A stretch of 64,000 nucleotides of DNA from UHGV virus genome UHGV-1428848; one strand, given 5' to 3'. The stretch comes from a virus. Below the pieces are notes generated by a model. The model saw only the letters and a list, made by a program, of their open reading frames with translations. It made no database searches and was not told the DNA's origin. Each line of letters starts with the position of its first letter. The first letter of the stretch is position 1. A program made the position numbers and the translations under genes. Of the stretch, positions 47,814 to 57,996 are shown in pieces.

Positions 47814-49089
47814 TGGTGTTTAACCCTATGCATGATTTCTTTATTTTTACCGAGATTAAATCCGCGCTCGTTCGGATTTCCCAAATAACCACATGTTCTT
47901 CTTATGGTATTCATCTTTTTAGGATCAGTTTCTCCACAAATAGAACAAACAAATCCGTTTTCAGTAGGAGTCATTTCATGGGTGCTTCCGCATGTAAAAC
48001 ATTTATCTACTGGCATATTAACACCAAAATAATCTAAATGCTGTGCAGCATAATCCCATACAGACTCAAGACCTTTTAGGTTATTTTTCATATCAGGAAG
48101 TTCAACATAAGAAATGTGACCGCCTGTCGCAATGAAATGATATGGCGCTTCACGAGAAATCTTTTCAAACGGAGTAATATTTTCTTCTACTGAAACATGG
48201 AAACTATTAGTGTACCAGCCTTTATCAGTAACATCTTTTACACTTCCATATTTTTCAGTATCAAGTTTACAGAAGCGATAACAAAGGTTTTCAGCGGGAG
48301 TAGAATACAAGCTAAAAGCAAAACCGGTTCTTTCAGTCCACTGTTTAAGACGAGCATTCATTTTAGTTAAAATTTCCTGTCCAATATCACGACCGACAAG
48401 AATATTCAATTCGTGAATACCAATGTATCCTAGGGACACTGAACTTCTACCGTTTTTAAATAACTCAATTATGTCGTCATCAGGTTTAAGACGAACCCCG
48501 AATGCACCTTCTTGGTAAAGAATAGGAGCAACAGTCGCTTTAACTCCTTTTAAGGAACTAATTCTACACATCAAAGCTTCAAAACATAAATCCATTCGCT
48601 CATTGAACAATTCGATAAATTTCTGTTCATTGAACTGTGTTCCAATATAAGAATCTAATGCGATACGAGGAAGATTCAGTGTTACAACACCAAGATTATT
48701 ACGTCCATCAAGAATTTCATTACCAGTCGAATCTTTCCATACGCTCAAGAAACTACGGCAACCCATTGGAGAAACAGGAATAGATGAGCCAGTGATAGCT
48801 TTATTGTTCTTAGCCGAAATGATGTCAGGATACATTCTTTTGCTTGCGCACTCTAGAGCAAGCTGTTTAATATCATAGTTCGGATCGTCTTTGTAAAGAT
48901 TAACACCTTCTTCAACGAACATAACAAGCTTAGGGAAAATAGGAGTTATCCCATCACGACCAAGACCTTTAATACGATTTTTCAGAATTGCTTTCTGAAT
49001 CATTCGTTCAGTCCAGTCAGTTCCTGTACCAAATGTTATAGTAACAAAAGGCGTTTGCCCGTTTGAACTGAAAAGTGTATTTACTTCAT
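47810..49089 (-). CDS. nrdD: anaerobic ribonucleotide reductase (class III), exon 2
   Basis: Glycyl-radical RNR C-terminal region; exon 2 begins AT-GAA-GTA (..Y)EVNTLFSSNGQ after intron 3'-terminal G at 49090; joined product is 605 aa. Confidence 0.7.
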
Positions 49090-50134
49090 CATTATATTCA
49101 GCATGAGTCGCAAATTCATGCCCGTTTATATGAAACAACAAAATTTGGATAGTCCATAGATATGCAACGTTCTTTTATAGTGCTAGGATGAAAATTTAGC
49201 GCTTTAGCTGCTTCTATATAAGACGTATACTTAATACCGTCAACAACCACATATTCAGGAACTTTATGAATAGTAGTCTTAATACTCAAAACAAGAGGAT
49301 GAGTTTCGACTTCACTTTCAGTGCAATTTAAATATTCCGCTGCTTTTTTAAAACTTCTAAAAGTTTTATTTTTAAGCTTTATCGATACTTGTTTTTTACT
49401 TTTTCGACTATTGATATTATTTTGCACATGTTCCTTAGATCTTCTGTTTTTAGCATAATATTCAGCCACAGAAGATTTTATATTGTTTTTATGAGATTCG
49501 GATAACACTTTACCCTTATGAGCATCTCTTAATTTTTGAATATGTTCTTCAGTATCCGGATGCTTATAAAACTTTTTACCGCCTATGGATTTATTTAAAC
49601 ATTTTTTGCTATAAAAATATTTACGTATGACCTCTTCTTCATGTTTTAATGCATCTTTATAACTATCAAATGTTTTTAAAATTATCCATTTAGTAGGTGT
49701 ATCAGTTTTTAAGCGTTCATTTATATACTTAGATGACGTTGTGTAAGTTTTCCAGTTTGTGGGCTTGTTTTTAATTGTTCTAAATTTTTTATAACCGATA
49801 TAAATGTCGCCATTAGAAAACTTAACTAAGTATGTAAATGTGTCTTTATCTTTTATTTTAGTACAACGTCTTTTTATCCATTTCATTGTTTCACCTCGTA
49901 TTCATAAGATAATCTTATTTATACAAGATGACTGCTGCATGTCGCCATGCAGATTAGACTATATCTTCATCTTTCGATGCCGGCCGTTTCGAATAGCATT
50001 AGCTTCTATTCTACACCGCTACATTCATCACGGTTAGTCGTTAGGCATTTAGTTCAAAAGAACATTTAGCACGGGATTGTCTACTAGAGAGGTTCCCCGT
50101 TTAGACCGGTTTTACATGAGCCTGAATTAAATTA
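49090..50134 (-). mobile_element. group I self-splicing intron in nrdD (sunY-type), 1045 nt
   Basis: Starts UAAUUUAAUUCAGG after exon U; contains conserved core AACGGGGAACCUCUCUAGUAGACAAUCCCGUGCUAAAU (as in the T4 td intron); ends ...AAUG; endonuclease ORF occupies its 3' part. Confidence 0.75.
49116..49886 (-). CDS. intron-encoded GIY-YIG homing endonuclease (I-TevII-like)
   Basis: 256 aa entirely inside the intron; N-terminal GIY-YIG-like FTYLVKFSNGDIYIGY; C-terminal helix-turn-helix DNA-binding motif GIKYTSYIEAAKALNFHPSTIKERC. Confidence 0.75.
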   Translation of the reverse strand: MKWIKRRCTKIKDKDTFTYLVKFSNGDIYIGYKKFRTIKNKPTNWKTYTTSSKYINERLKTDTPTKWIILKTFDSYKDALKHEEEVIRKYFYSKKCLNKSIGGKKFYKHPDTEEHIQKLRDAHKGKVLSESHKNNIKSSVAEYYAKNRRSKEHVQNNINSRKSKKQVSIKLKNKTFRSFKKAAEYLNCTESEVETHPLVLSIKTTIHKVPEYVVVDGIKYTSYIEAAKALNFHPSTIKERCISMDYPNFVVSYKRA

Positions 50135-50672
50135 ACTCATAAGCTTGGAATGCATCGTATACATCTTTTTCTGTTTTAGATTGAGCATAATTTAACGCAT
50201 CAGCGATTTGCCATTTTTCTGCGTCCTCAATATGTTTTGCATAGGTGCGTTTAACATAAGGAGAAAGTACTTTATCTACATTAGCAAAAGTCGTTCCGCC
50301 GTATTGATGGGAAGCAACCTGTGCAGTAATTTGTGCCATAATTGCAGTAGCAACTCCAATTGATTTAGGAGTTTCAATCTGTGCATTACCAAGCTTAAAT
50401 CCGTTCTCAAGCATTCCTTTTAAATCTACTAAACAGCAATTAGTAAATGGAAGAGCAGGGGAATAATCAATATCATGGAAATGGATAATTCCGCTTTCAT
50501 GCGCTTTCATAATAAAAGACGGGACCATATTTTTGGCAATGTGTTTAGACACAATACCAGCCATAAGGTCCCGTTGAGTTGGAAAAACACGAGAATCTTT
50601 ATTAGCATTCTCGTTTAAAAGGTCTTTATTAGTTTTATGAATCAATCCTTCAATTTCTTTTTCAATTGTCAT
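50135..50672 (-). CDS. nrdD: anaerobic ribonucleotide reductase (class III), exon 1
   Basis: Exon ends ...GCT TAT GAG T (..QAYE + first nt of Tyr codon); the track ORF continues 2 codons into the intron before a stop. Confidence 0.7.
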
Positions 50673-51142
50673 TTTAAACTCTTTCTAAGCTGCTTCTTAA
50701 ATGAAGCTATTAATTGTGTTTTAGTGTCAGATTCATTATATTCAAATCCTCTTTGAAGCATCTCAGCCATCATTTCCTCTTTTCCTAAACGAGAAAATTC
50801 CTTTGATTTATCTCCAACAAAGTTAGGGTGAATATTATTTTGGGTGTAATCGGATTTTAAATAAGTAAGTAAATTTTCTAACCATTCAAGATAATCAACA
50901 CCTTGCCCCTTTAAGCCAGAACGATTAAATTTATGTTTCATTTGACCTTCTGCGGCATTGCAGAGATTACAAAGCAATCCACGTACCTTTCCTGCTTTTG
51001 GTCCATTTAATTCATGGTCATGGTCGAGGTGATTAGCTTGAACATCAGGATTTAGTTCTCGTTGGCAAATTAAGCATTTACCGTTTTGTGCATCATAAAA
51101 TTTCTGTTTTTCTTCTTTGTATAATTTGCCAGTCAATAGCAT
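50669..51142 (-). CDS. 49: endonuclease VII (Holliday junction resolvase)
   Basis: 157 aa as in T4 gp49; zinc-binding CLICQ...; HLDHDH nuclease motif. Confidence 0.8.
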   Translation of the reverse strand: MLLTGKLYKEEKQKFYDAQNGKCLICQRELNPDVQANHLDHDHELNGPKAGKVRGLLCNLCNAAEGQMKHKFNRSGLKGQGVDYLEWLENLLTYLKSDYTQNNIHPNFVGDKSKEFSRLGKEEMMAEMLQRGFEYNESDTKTQLIASFKKQLRKSLK

Positions 51143-51183
51143 AATAAACCCTTACCTTAAATAGATAAGGGTATTTATTATTT

Positions 51184-51669
51184 TCAAGTATTGTAAAACA
51201 TTTGATTCAATCGCTTATATTGCCGAATCTTTTGGTCAGAAAAAGAAATTTGGGTTTCAAGCCATTCAATATATTCTGCCGCAGCTTGCATCAAATTTCC
51301 TTCATAGCCATCGTTATTTTCTTGTGCAGCTAATTTAGCTAATGCGTATGAAATACGTTCACCTTGAAAATCAGCTTTAGGCTTCTGAACAACTTGATTA
51401 GTTCTATCTACAACTTCTTCAATTTCGCCATTTTCTACTGATTCAGTATTCCACAAGCACCAATACGTAATTGGCTTATCGTAGATGTTAATAATCTTTC
51501 CATCAGAAAGTTCAATTTCAATAATTCCAGTATCAGGCTCTATATCATCTTCACATTCTATTGCAAGTTCACGAACTTTAAAGACAGTACCTGCACTAAG
51601 TTCCGGCCAGTAATTACACAGCCCTGTATCAGCACGATTAATTCTAAACCACTTATCTACTGTAATCAT
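51184..51669 (-). CDS. pin: Pin, inhibitor of host Lon protease
   Basis: 161 aa from MITVDKWF..., same as T4 PinA; position after gene 49. Confidence 0.55.
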   Translation of the reverse strand: MITVDKWFRINRADTGLCNYWPELSAGTVFKVRELAIECEDDIEPDTGIIEIELSDGKIINIYDKPITYWCLWNTESVENGEIEEVVDRTNQVVQKPKADFQGERISYALAKLAAQENNDGYEGNLMQAAAEYIEWLETQISFSDQKIRQYKRLNQMFYNT

Positions 51670-51964
51670 GTCCCATCTCCATATCAATTAAGTCATTTAT
51701 CGTTGGTTCATTATATATTGTTTCTTCATCAGTGTAAACCGGTTCTTCCGGATCTGGCTCTACAGTTTCCCATCTAGCCGCCCACCAAGGTTTAACCCCG
51801 AAGCTTATTAAGTTCTTCATAATCAATCCAGGATTCTAATCCTGATGGCAAATCAGATTCAATTTCCCAAAGAAGCTCTTCAATTTTCTGAAGACGATCT
51901 AGTTCTTCGGCTGGAATAGTAACCATTGACGGAGCTCGTGATACATTAATATCGTAAATCATAT

Positions 51965-52180
51965 TTACCCCAATTTAACCATACAATCGCCGTATTTCCA
52001 CTTAGAAATAGACTTTTCACCATTAGAATAATAAACTTCGAGTTTAGCACGATTATTTTTAATTTGAATAACCTTGGCTGTCATCAAAGTTCCATACCCA
52101 TAATAAACTGCAACTTCATCACCTACATATACCGCGCTTCCGCGGTAATCATGAATATAGTCAGTTCCTTCGAGCATCAT
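51965..52180 (-). CDS. hypothetical protein (71 aa)
   Basis: ORF track. Confidence 0.45.
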   Translation of the reverse strand: MMLEGTDYIHDYRGSAVYVGDEVAVYYGYGTLMTAKVIQIKNNRAKLEVYYSNGEKSISKWKYGDCMVKLG

Positions 52181-52440
52181 TTAAAATATTCTCGCAGTTG
52201 GTCAAATCCACCAATATGACTTCCATCAGGAGCAAATACCTGAGGCATTGTCAAGCCGATTTGAGTATCACGACCTAGTTTAGTCAGAAGCTCAGCGATT
52301 TTCTCATCATCAAAAACACCTTTTTCCGGCATAATGTTGATAAATTCAAACGGCTGTTTCTTCACGGTCAAAAGACGTTTTGCATTATCGCAATACACGC
52401 ATTTATGGATGTTGCTATCATAACCATATACTTTAAACAT
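52177..52440 (-). CDS. nrdC: NrdC thioredoxin/glutaredoxin
   Basis: 87 aa as in T4 NrdC; CVYC active site. Confidence 0.8.
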   Translation of the reverse strand: MFKVYGYDSNIHKCVYCDNAKRLLTVKKQPFEFINIMPEKGVFDDEKIAELLTKLGRDTQIGLTMPQVFAPDGSHIGGFDQLREYFK

Positions 52441-52441
52441 A

Positions 52442-52684
52442 TTATTCCTTAATTCCTAGTACTTGTTTAAAAGTCTCGTCGTAATCAAGACTTTGGCCCG
52501 TTTGTTCTTTATGTTTGTATATAATATCACTTACTTCTGATAGCATATTTTTATATGAACGAGTTAAAGCAGATTTAAGCACGCTGTATCTATCAGGAAA
52601 TTTACCATGTTCATTATAATAAGCTATTGCTAATTCACGGACTGCCCTTTCAGCAGTCTCCATATATTCTTTACGCTTTGTCAT
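52442..52684 (-). CDS. hypothetical protein (80 aa)
   Basis: Internal ATG of ORF 52442..52825; the long form would overlap the zinc-ribbon ORF by 155 nt. Confidence 0.35.
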   Translation of the reverse strand: MTKRKEYMETAERAVRELAIAYYNEHGKFPDRYSVLKSALTRSYKNMLSEVSDIIYKHKEQTGQSLDYDETFKQVLGIKE

Positions 52685-52985
52685 TTTCTTCTCGGTTAAA
52701 TCGGTGTTTACAACGACGACATTTATAACGAAGATTATTAGTCTGCCAATGGACCAATTGCACCTGTTCAGTTCCACATTCAGGGCAATTAGGAACGTTT
52801 TTAGAAGCACGTTCGCGGCGTTCAACCATGACCATTACAGAATCCCAATTAATAGGGCTGCTATAATCATCACAACCATGAATCTTTCCACGCATTTCCA
52901 AATCGTCTTCTTCACCGGCCATAATAATTTTAATTAAACTGGAATTACTTGAAGCTGCAATGTCTTCTAATAGACGCTTTTTCAT
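52671..52985 (-). CDS. zinc-ribbon protein (104 aa)
   Basis: CPECG...CRRCKH four-Cys ribbon. Confidence 0.5.
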   Translation of the reverse strand: MKKRLLEDIAASSNSSLIKIIMAGEEDDLEMRGKIHGCDDYSSPINWDSVMVMVERRERASKNVPNCPECGTEQVQLVHWQTNNLRYKCRRCKHRFNREENDKA

Positions 52986-53911
52986 TTCAATACCTCAATA
53001 GCATTACGTAAACCATTTGCTTTTGCATTAAGAGCTTTTAACAATTTGGTGTGTTCTGCAATTTGGGCTTCAACTTCAATCAAACGAGCATTGAGATATT
53101 CGCGTTCTTCACTCAGATTATCAGCCTTTTCTGCTTTAGGTTCTTTTACAACTTGCTTATATGTATTAGGGTTCTTCAGTTTAATTAGAATGCGTGAACT
53201 GTACAGCATTGAACCATTATCTTCGGTTTCGTCATACATTTCCACTACGTCCATCATCTCCACCATCGTGCAGAGTTTATAAGACAACGAACGAATAATT
53301 TTGTTGTGCTTATTAATTTCTCTAGCTGTCATGGTGCCGAGATTACGTGAGTAATAATAAGGAACCTGGATATTAATTAATACTGATGAACCACCTGGCT
53401 TGTGTGTTACTTCATCAGCAATAACCCAATCCTTAACATGAACTGTATTTGTACGGTCATCGCCCGCGGTAAATAGTTTACGAGCATGCTTAAAAAGCAT
53501 ATTCACTTGGTCATTGAATTGACAAGCGAATTTATCAGCAAATTTAGTTTCGGGAATGGTAGATAACCAATCAGCCAAATGAGTCTTTTTAACATCGTTA
53601 ACAATAGTAAATTCAACCAAATCGGTTATAGATGTCTCAGATTTAATGAAGCTCGGCTTCATAAAGTTTTTAATGTTATCGCGAGCTACAGTAGAAGATA
53701 ACATACGAGAACGTTTAAACCATTCAAGCAAATTGCCTAACGAATGAGAATAAGCGTTTTGAGTATCTTTACAGATATGATTTTCCTGGCCAACATATTG
53801 AAGGAAATCACGAAGAATATTATTGATTACTGCTCTGTGTCCTATCTGATAATTACGATGTTTAGTAATAAGACTGTCAAAATAATCAATATAATGTTTA
53901 CGAGTTTTCAT
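52982..53911 (-). CDS. coiled-coil paralog family member 1 (309 aa)
   Basis: N-terminus MKTRKHY..., central LFKHARKLFTAGDD motif, C-terminal heptad coiled coil. Confidence 0.55.
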   Translation of the reverse strand: MKTRKHYIDYFDSLITKHRNYQIGHRAVINNILRDFLQYVGQENHICKDTQNAYSHSLGNLLEWFKRSRMLSSTVARDNIKNFMKPSFIKSETSITDLVEFTIVNDVKKTHLADWLSTIPETKFADKFACQFNDQVNMLFKHARKLFTAGDDRTNTVHVKDWVIADEVTHKPGGSSVLINIQVPYYYSRNLGTMTAREINKHNKIIRSLSYKLCTMVEMMDVVEMYDETEDNGSMLYSSRILIKLKNPNTYKQVVKEPKAEKADNLSEEREYLNARLIEVEAQIAEHTKLLKALNAKANGLRNAIEVLK

Positions 53912-53963
53912 GTTCTTCTCACTTGGTTAATGATTTATACTCCGAGCCATCCTTGGCTTTAAA

Positions 53964-54965
53964 TTACTTAATTAACTGTAAAGCTTGTTCAAGACGATCC
54001 AGGCGATTAACAGATTCTTCCCAAATCCTTTTAGCCTGCTCATATTCTTTCTGCGCTTTATTAGAAATTTCTAGAACTTCTTTATAAGCTTTTTCTAGTG
54101 CAATAACTTCTGGACGAATTTCTACCGGTTCAGGTGAATCATCAAGACATTCCATTAGTTCCTCAAGGGTAGTTTCTTCTTTAGGAGTATTCACAATTTC
54201 ATCACATTTTTGTTGGTAAATTTCTTTACTAGTAGGTGAATAAGTACATTTCACTTCACGAAGACTAACTACAATTTTATATCCTTCCCAACCGCATATA
54301 TTCTTAAAAGGATATGTATGAATATTTTCTACTGTTTCCATACAAAGTAATGCGGTCTCTAATTGACGAGTTATAGTGCTAGCAATTGAGAAAAATTTAT
54401 TAATGTTCTTTTGGTTAGTTTCTGGTGTAAAAAATCCATAATTCACAAAAATAGCTACTTTATTTTTATCAAGTTCATATTCTTTTATGATAATCATATC
54501 AGAAGCCAAAGGATGAATTTGACGATAATCGCCATAACATAATTTAGAAGCTGATTTTAGAATTTGCTTCTTGAAAAGTCTGAAATTACTAATCCAACGA
54601 CGAGTAAAAATATTCTCAGGGTCTTCTTTATTATTGAGATGATAAGAATTAACATCACCGAACCAATTATATCCTACTACATCTTTAGTTCGTTTAATTT
54701 CTTTCCCAAAATTACCAAGAATATCCCGATTAACCAAATATGAAAGAAGACGAGACTCTTTAAAGGTTTTCTTGATAACATCTTTATCTACACGGCTAGA
54801 AATTTTACGAATTTCATGAATAAATTTAGTAGAAGAAACAATACTTGCATCAACACTATTGAGCCATTGATTGATAATAGAAAGAACGATATTTTGACCA
54901 AACATCGGTATAGCTTTATCATCAATAACGCTATTGAATGATTTGATATATTCGTTACGAGTCAT
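53964..54965 (-). CDS. coiled-coil paralog family member 2 (333 aa)
   Basis: ATG at 54965 after GAGGAG SD; MTRNEY..., central FRLFKKQILKSASKLCYGD, C-terminal coiled coil. Confidence 0.55.
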   Translation of the reverse strand: MTRNEYIKSFNSVIDDKAIPMFGQNIVLSIINQWLNSVDASIVSSTKFIHEIRKISSRVDKDVIKKTFKESRLLSYLVNRDILGNFGKEIKRTKDVVGYNWFGDVNSYHLNNKEDPENIFTRRWISNFRLFKKQILKSASKLCYGDYRQIHPLASDMIIIKEYELDKNKVAIFVNYGFFTPETNQKNINKFFSIASTITRQLETALLCMETVENIHTYPFKNICGWEGYKIVVSLREVKCTYSPTSKEIYQQKCDEIVNTPKEETTLEELMECLDDSPEPVEIRPEVIALEKAYKEVLEISNKAQKEYEQAKRIWEESVNRLDRLEQALQLIK

Positions 54966-54994
54966 AATAATCTCCTCAGTAGAAAGTAAGAACA

Positions 54995-55023
54995 TTATAC
55001 CACATCCTTGTGGTAAAGTAAAC
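54995..55023 (-). promoter_or_regulatory. T4-type early promoter
   Basis: Minus strand GTTTACTTTACCACAAGGATGTGGTATAATG (near-identical to promoter at 9510..9541). Confidence 0.55.
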
Positions 55024-56042
55024 TAGTTCAGTGCATTTAATGCATTGTTCAGTTTAGAACGTTGCTTTGTCAGATTTTTGACTTTTTCTTGAGCTTTTTC
55101 CAACATCTTTTCAGCTTCTAGCACTTCATTGGTCGCTTTAACGAGTTCATCATCTACTGCCTTAAGGGACTTCTCAATCGCATCCGCGTGCCATTTTTCA
55201 ACAGGTTTAAGACTCGGATTTTCAATAGGAAGAAAATTCACTTTATTGAATTTCCATGCATCTTTATTACCTGAACTATACATCCAAAATTTAGGATCAT
55301 TTGACGAGTAATTAGATAAATTTAAGGTATCTTGTACTTCCTGCTTTTTCTCTTGTGTAACTTCGTCCTTTCTCAAAAAATCGTATTTAAATGAAACGAT
55401 CATATCAAGTTCATATGTTGTTGTGTCTAATTTAAATCGTTCGAAATGCTGTGAAATCTTAGACTGAACTGCAGCAACAACATCCATATACTTAAATGCT
55501 TCTGTCAGCTGTGATTTAAGGCATTCACAAATTGAAAGAGAATTTTTTGTATTAGGTTTAAAGCTAATTCGTGCAGTTCTATTATTTTCTTTTAATGGTC
55601 TTACTTCCATCTGAAGAGTATAACCATCAAATTTCAGATTCTTTAAGTTAATATCAGAGCCTTTTAATCGACTAGCCGTCGACAAAATTTGCTTTAATTG
55701 TTTACGGAATAGAGCAATAAATCTCCACTCAAGACGATAATGATTTGGATTAAAAAATCCAGATGATAAATCGACCTTACTCTGACCAACACCTTGAACA
55801 AACAGAGGATTTTTATAATCAATAGTTTTACAGAAATCGGTGAGCTGCTCACGAGCAGTCATTTGTGTAATATACCCCGCTTTACTAAAATGACGTAACC
55901 ATTCACTGCTATTCATATATTTAAAGTGAATATCACGATTAACTTTATCAGGGTCTAAATTATTTTGGCACAAAAATGTCATAACATCACGAGTATAGCT
56001 GGCATTACGAACCATATCTTCAATTTGAGAACGAGTTTTCAT
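55023..56042 (-). CDS. coiled-coil paralog family member 3 (339 aa)
   Basis: MKTRSQI..., central FRKQLKQILSTASRLKGSD, C-terminal coiled coil. Confidence 0.55.
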   Translation of the reverse strand: MKTRSQIEDMVRNASYTRDVMTFLCQNNLDPDKVNRDIHFKYMNSSEWLRHFSKAGYITQMTAREQLTDFCKTIDYKNPLFVQGVGQSKVDLSSGFFNPNHYRLEWRFIALFRKQLKQILSTASRLKGSDINLKNLKFDGYTLQMEVRPLKENNRTARISFKPNTKNSLSICECLKSQLTEAFKYMDVVAAVQSKISQHFERFKLDTTTYELDMIVSFKYDFLRKDEVTQEKKQEVQDTLNLSNYSSNDPKFWMYSSGNKDAWKFNKVNFLPIENPSLKPVEKWHADAIEKSLKAVDDELVKATNEVLEAEKMLEKAQEKVKNLTKQRSKLNNALNALN

Positions 56043-56050
56043 GGTGTTCC

Positions 56051-56959
56051 TTAAGATTTAAGTAAATCAACAATTTTAATTAACTTTTCACGCTCAGATT
56101 TAGCTTTACTACTCAATCCAGATAGTCTGAAAATTTCATCATCATATTGTTGAATAGAAATATTCAGCTCTTCAATTTGCTCATTAAAATAATCAATTTG
56201 CTCAGAATGTTTTTCGTTACTACGAACTGGTACAGGTTTTGTAGGTAATTTAGATGAACTGGATTCATCCGGGCGATAAATTAAAATACAACTTGAACCA
56301 ATTGGACATTTTGCACCAGATGAATATTCTAACGTTCCAGCTTCTTTTAAAACTTCAAAAGCTAAACAGAGATGATGCCCCATATTAACATAATCTGTAG
56401 AGCGAGCTCTGATATAATAATCATCGCCGCGAATACTAAATTTAAAGCATTTAAGGTCTTCTGTATTATTGGTCTTAAAAATCATTTGTTTATCTAGACC
56501 TTTAGCTAATCGAGCGCCTAATGCTAATAATCGTCGTTGATTTTCCCACAAATCTGCGATCATTTGGTCAAATGATAATTTCGGCATTAATCGACCATAA
56601 AGGTCATATCCTTTATTATAATTGCGAAGGATTTCACTCGCATTAATACGAGACAACGCTCCAATTTTATTAAGGGCTTTCATGATGCGATTAGATAAAC
56701 CCATTCCAGACCCGTTTGTTCGTTGTAAATGTTTATCTAATCCAAACCCAATATCAACTTTAAATTTATCTAAAATTTCAGCATGAACATCTCTGTCAAT
56801 AACATTCAAATCCAAAGTTGGGTTAAATCTATGAAAAAATTTATCTGGCTCTCCACGACGAAGTACAGTCCATTCATTCAATTTTTTATTAACTAAAGAT
56901 TTAATTACTGCATTGACATTATTAATTACTACTGACATATTTTCCTCACTCAATTTCAA
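56051..56959 (-). CDS. coiled-coil paralog family member 4 (302 aa)
   Basis: Central LWENQRRLLALGARLAKGLD, C-terminal coiled coil. Confidence 0.55.
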   Translation of the reverse strand: MKLSEENMSVVINNVNAVIKSLVNKKLNEWTVLRRGEPDKFFHRFNPTLDLNVIDRDVHAEILDKFKVDIGFGLDKHLQRTNGSGMGLSNRIMKALNKIGALSRINASEILRNYNKGYDLYGRLMPKLSFDQMIADLWENQRRLLALGARLAKGLDKQMIFKTNNTEDLKCFKFSIRGDDYYIRARSTDYVNMGHHLCLAFEVLKEAGTLEYSSGAKCPIGSSCILIYRPDESSSSKLPTKPVPVRSNEKHSEQIDYFNEQIEELNISIQQYDDEIFRLSGLSSKAKSEREKLIKIVDLLKS

Positions 56960-57353
56960 TTTTACTAAATATACAGAATAAGATGGAACAGACTATATAA
57001 GCACCACACACAGATTGAACTAATACCATTCCAAAGAACCAAACAATATTATCAAACAATGTCTGTTTTACGTCGAAAGGACGTAAACTTACAGTAATAT
57101 TATCGCCTTTTTCTATTGATGAATACATCTCTGGTGAAATATATTCGCTAAATCTATAACCGTCTTTGAGTTCATATACAGCAATAAACGATAAACTAGA
57201 CCCCTTTCCTTGAGTTCCTGTAAAGGTATTAACTACAGTAACATCATAATCTTTATAATGCATATAATCATTAATTGCGTAATAACCATATGCAATTACT
57301 ATACATAAACAACATATCAATAAATTCAATCTTTTAATTATCAACTGTTTCAT
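56946..57353 (-). CDS. membrane protein (135 aa), N- and C-terminal TM helices
   Basis: ORF track; hydrophobic termini. Confidence 0.5.
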   Translation of the reverse strand: MKQLIIKRLNLLICCLCIVIAYGYYAINDYMHYKDYDVTVVNTFTGTQGKGSSLSFIAVYELKDGYRFSEYISPEMYSSIEKGDNITVSLRPFDVKQTLFDNIVWFFGMVLVQSVCGAYIVCSILFCIFSKIEIE

Positions 57354-57380
57354 AATAATCTCAATTAAAAGGGCTTAGAA

Positions 57381-57410
57381 CCATTATACCATCCTTGGTA
57401 TAAAGCGGTT
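57381..57410 (-). promoter_or_regulatory. early promoter (variant -35)
   Basis: Minus strand CGCTTTATACCAAGGATGGTATAATGG. Confidence 0.4.
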
Positions 57411-57936
57411 ATGCGAGTACCGTCTTTAACCGTTCTTCAAACTTCCGAAGAGTATTCTGGCGTTCAGCTCTTTGCTTTTTGTAAGTTTCAATACGCTCTG
57501 AAATGAGAGTGTATCGTTCATTTACTGATTCTTTCATAAAATCAGGAATTTCACGAGAAGCTTTAATCTCGTCAAATTTATCAATAACAGCTTGCTCTTC
57601 AGCAATTAAGTTATCATACATCAAAATATCTTTCTTGATGAACTCAATATCTTCTTGAGTTACACGAGATAATTTAGATGCTTTATCCTTTTTGTACTGT
57701 TCGTTAGTATCACGAGACCAGTGTAATGTACGATTTTTATTCGTATTCTTGTAAATTTCTACAATACCAATCTCATCGATAATAACGATCCAATTCCAAC
57801 GAGATTTGTAAATTTGTCCTCCGTCAACCGTGATTTCACCTCCAATTGAGATGTCATTAAAGAACTTACTTTGTGCTTCAGATTTAAATTTACCATCGTT
57901 GTAATTTACCAGGTTGAAAATATCTTTAGCGTTCAT
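57409..57936 (-). CDS. hypothetical coiled-coil protein (175 aa)
   Basis: ORF track; C-terminal coiled coil. Confidence 0.5.
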   Translation of the reverse strand: MNAKDIFNLVNYNDGKFKSEAQSKFFNDISIGGEITVDGGQIYKSRWNWIVIIDEIGIVEIYKNTNKNRTLHWSRDTNEQYKKDKASKLSRVTQEDIEFIKKDILMYDNLIAEEQAVIDKFDEIKASREIPDFMKESVNERYTLISERIETYKKQRAERQNTLRKFEERLKTVLA

Positions 57937-57962
57937 TTTGTGTTCCTCCGTAGTTGATAGTT

Positions 57963-57994
57963 GTATAGTACCACAGAGGAACAGTCTTGTAAAC
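57963..57994 (-). promoter_or_regulatory. T4-type early promoter
   Basis: Minus strand GTTTACAAGACTGTTCCTCTGTGGTACTATACAAC then GGAGGA SD. Confidence 0.55.
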
Positions 57995-57996
57995 CA

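Noticed and set aside
52442-52825. 127-aa long form of the ORF downstream of the zinc-ribbon gene
   Set aside because: It would overlap the zinc-ribbon ORF by 155 nt; the internal ATG at 52684 gives a tidy 80-aa gene (kept as an open question in findings)
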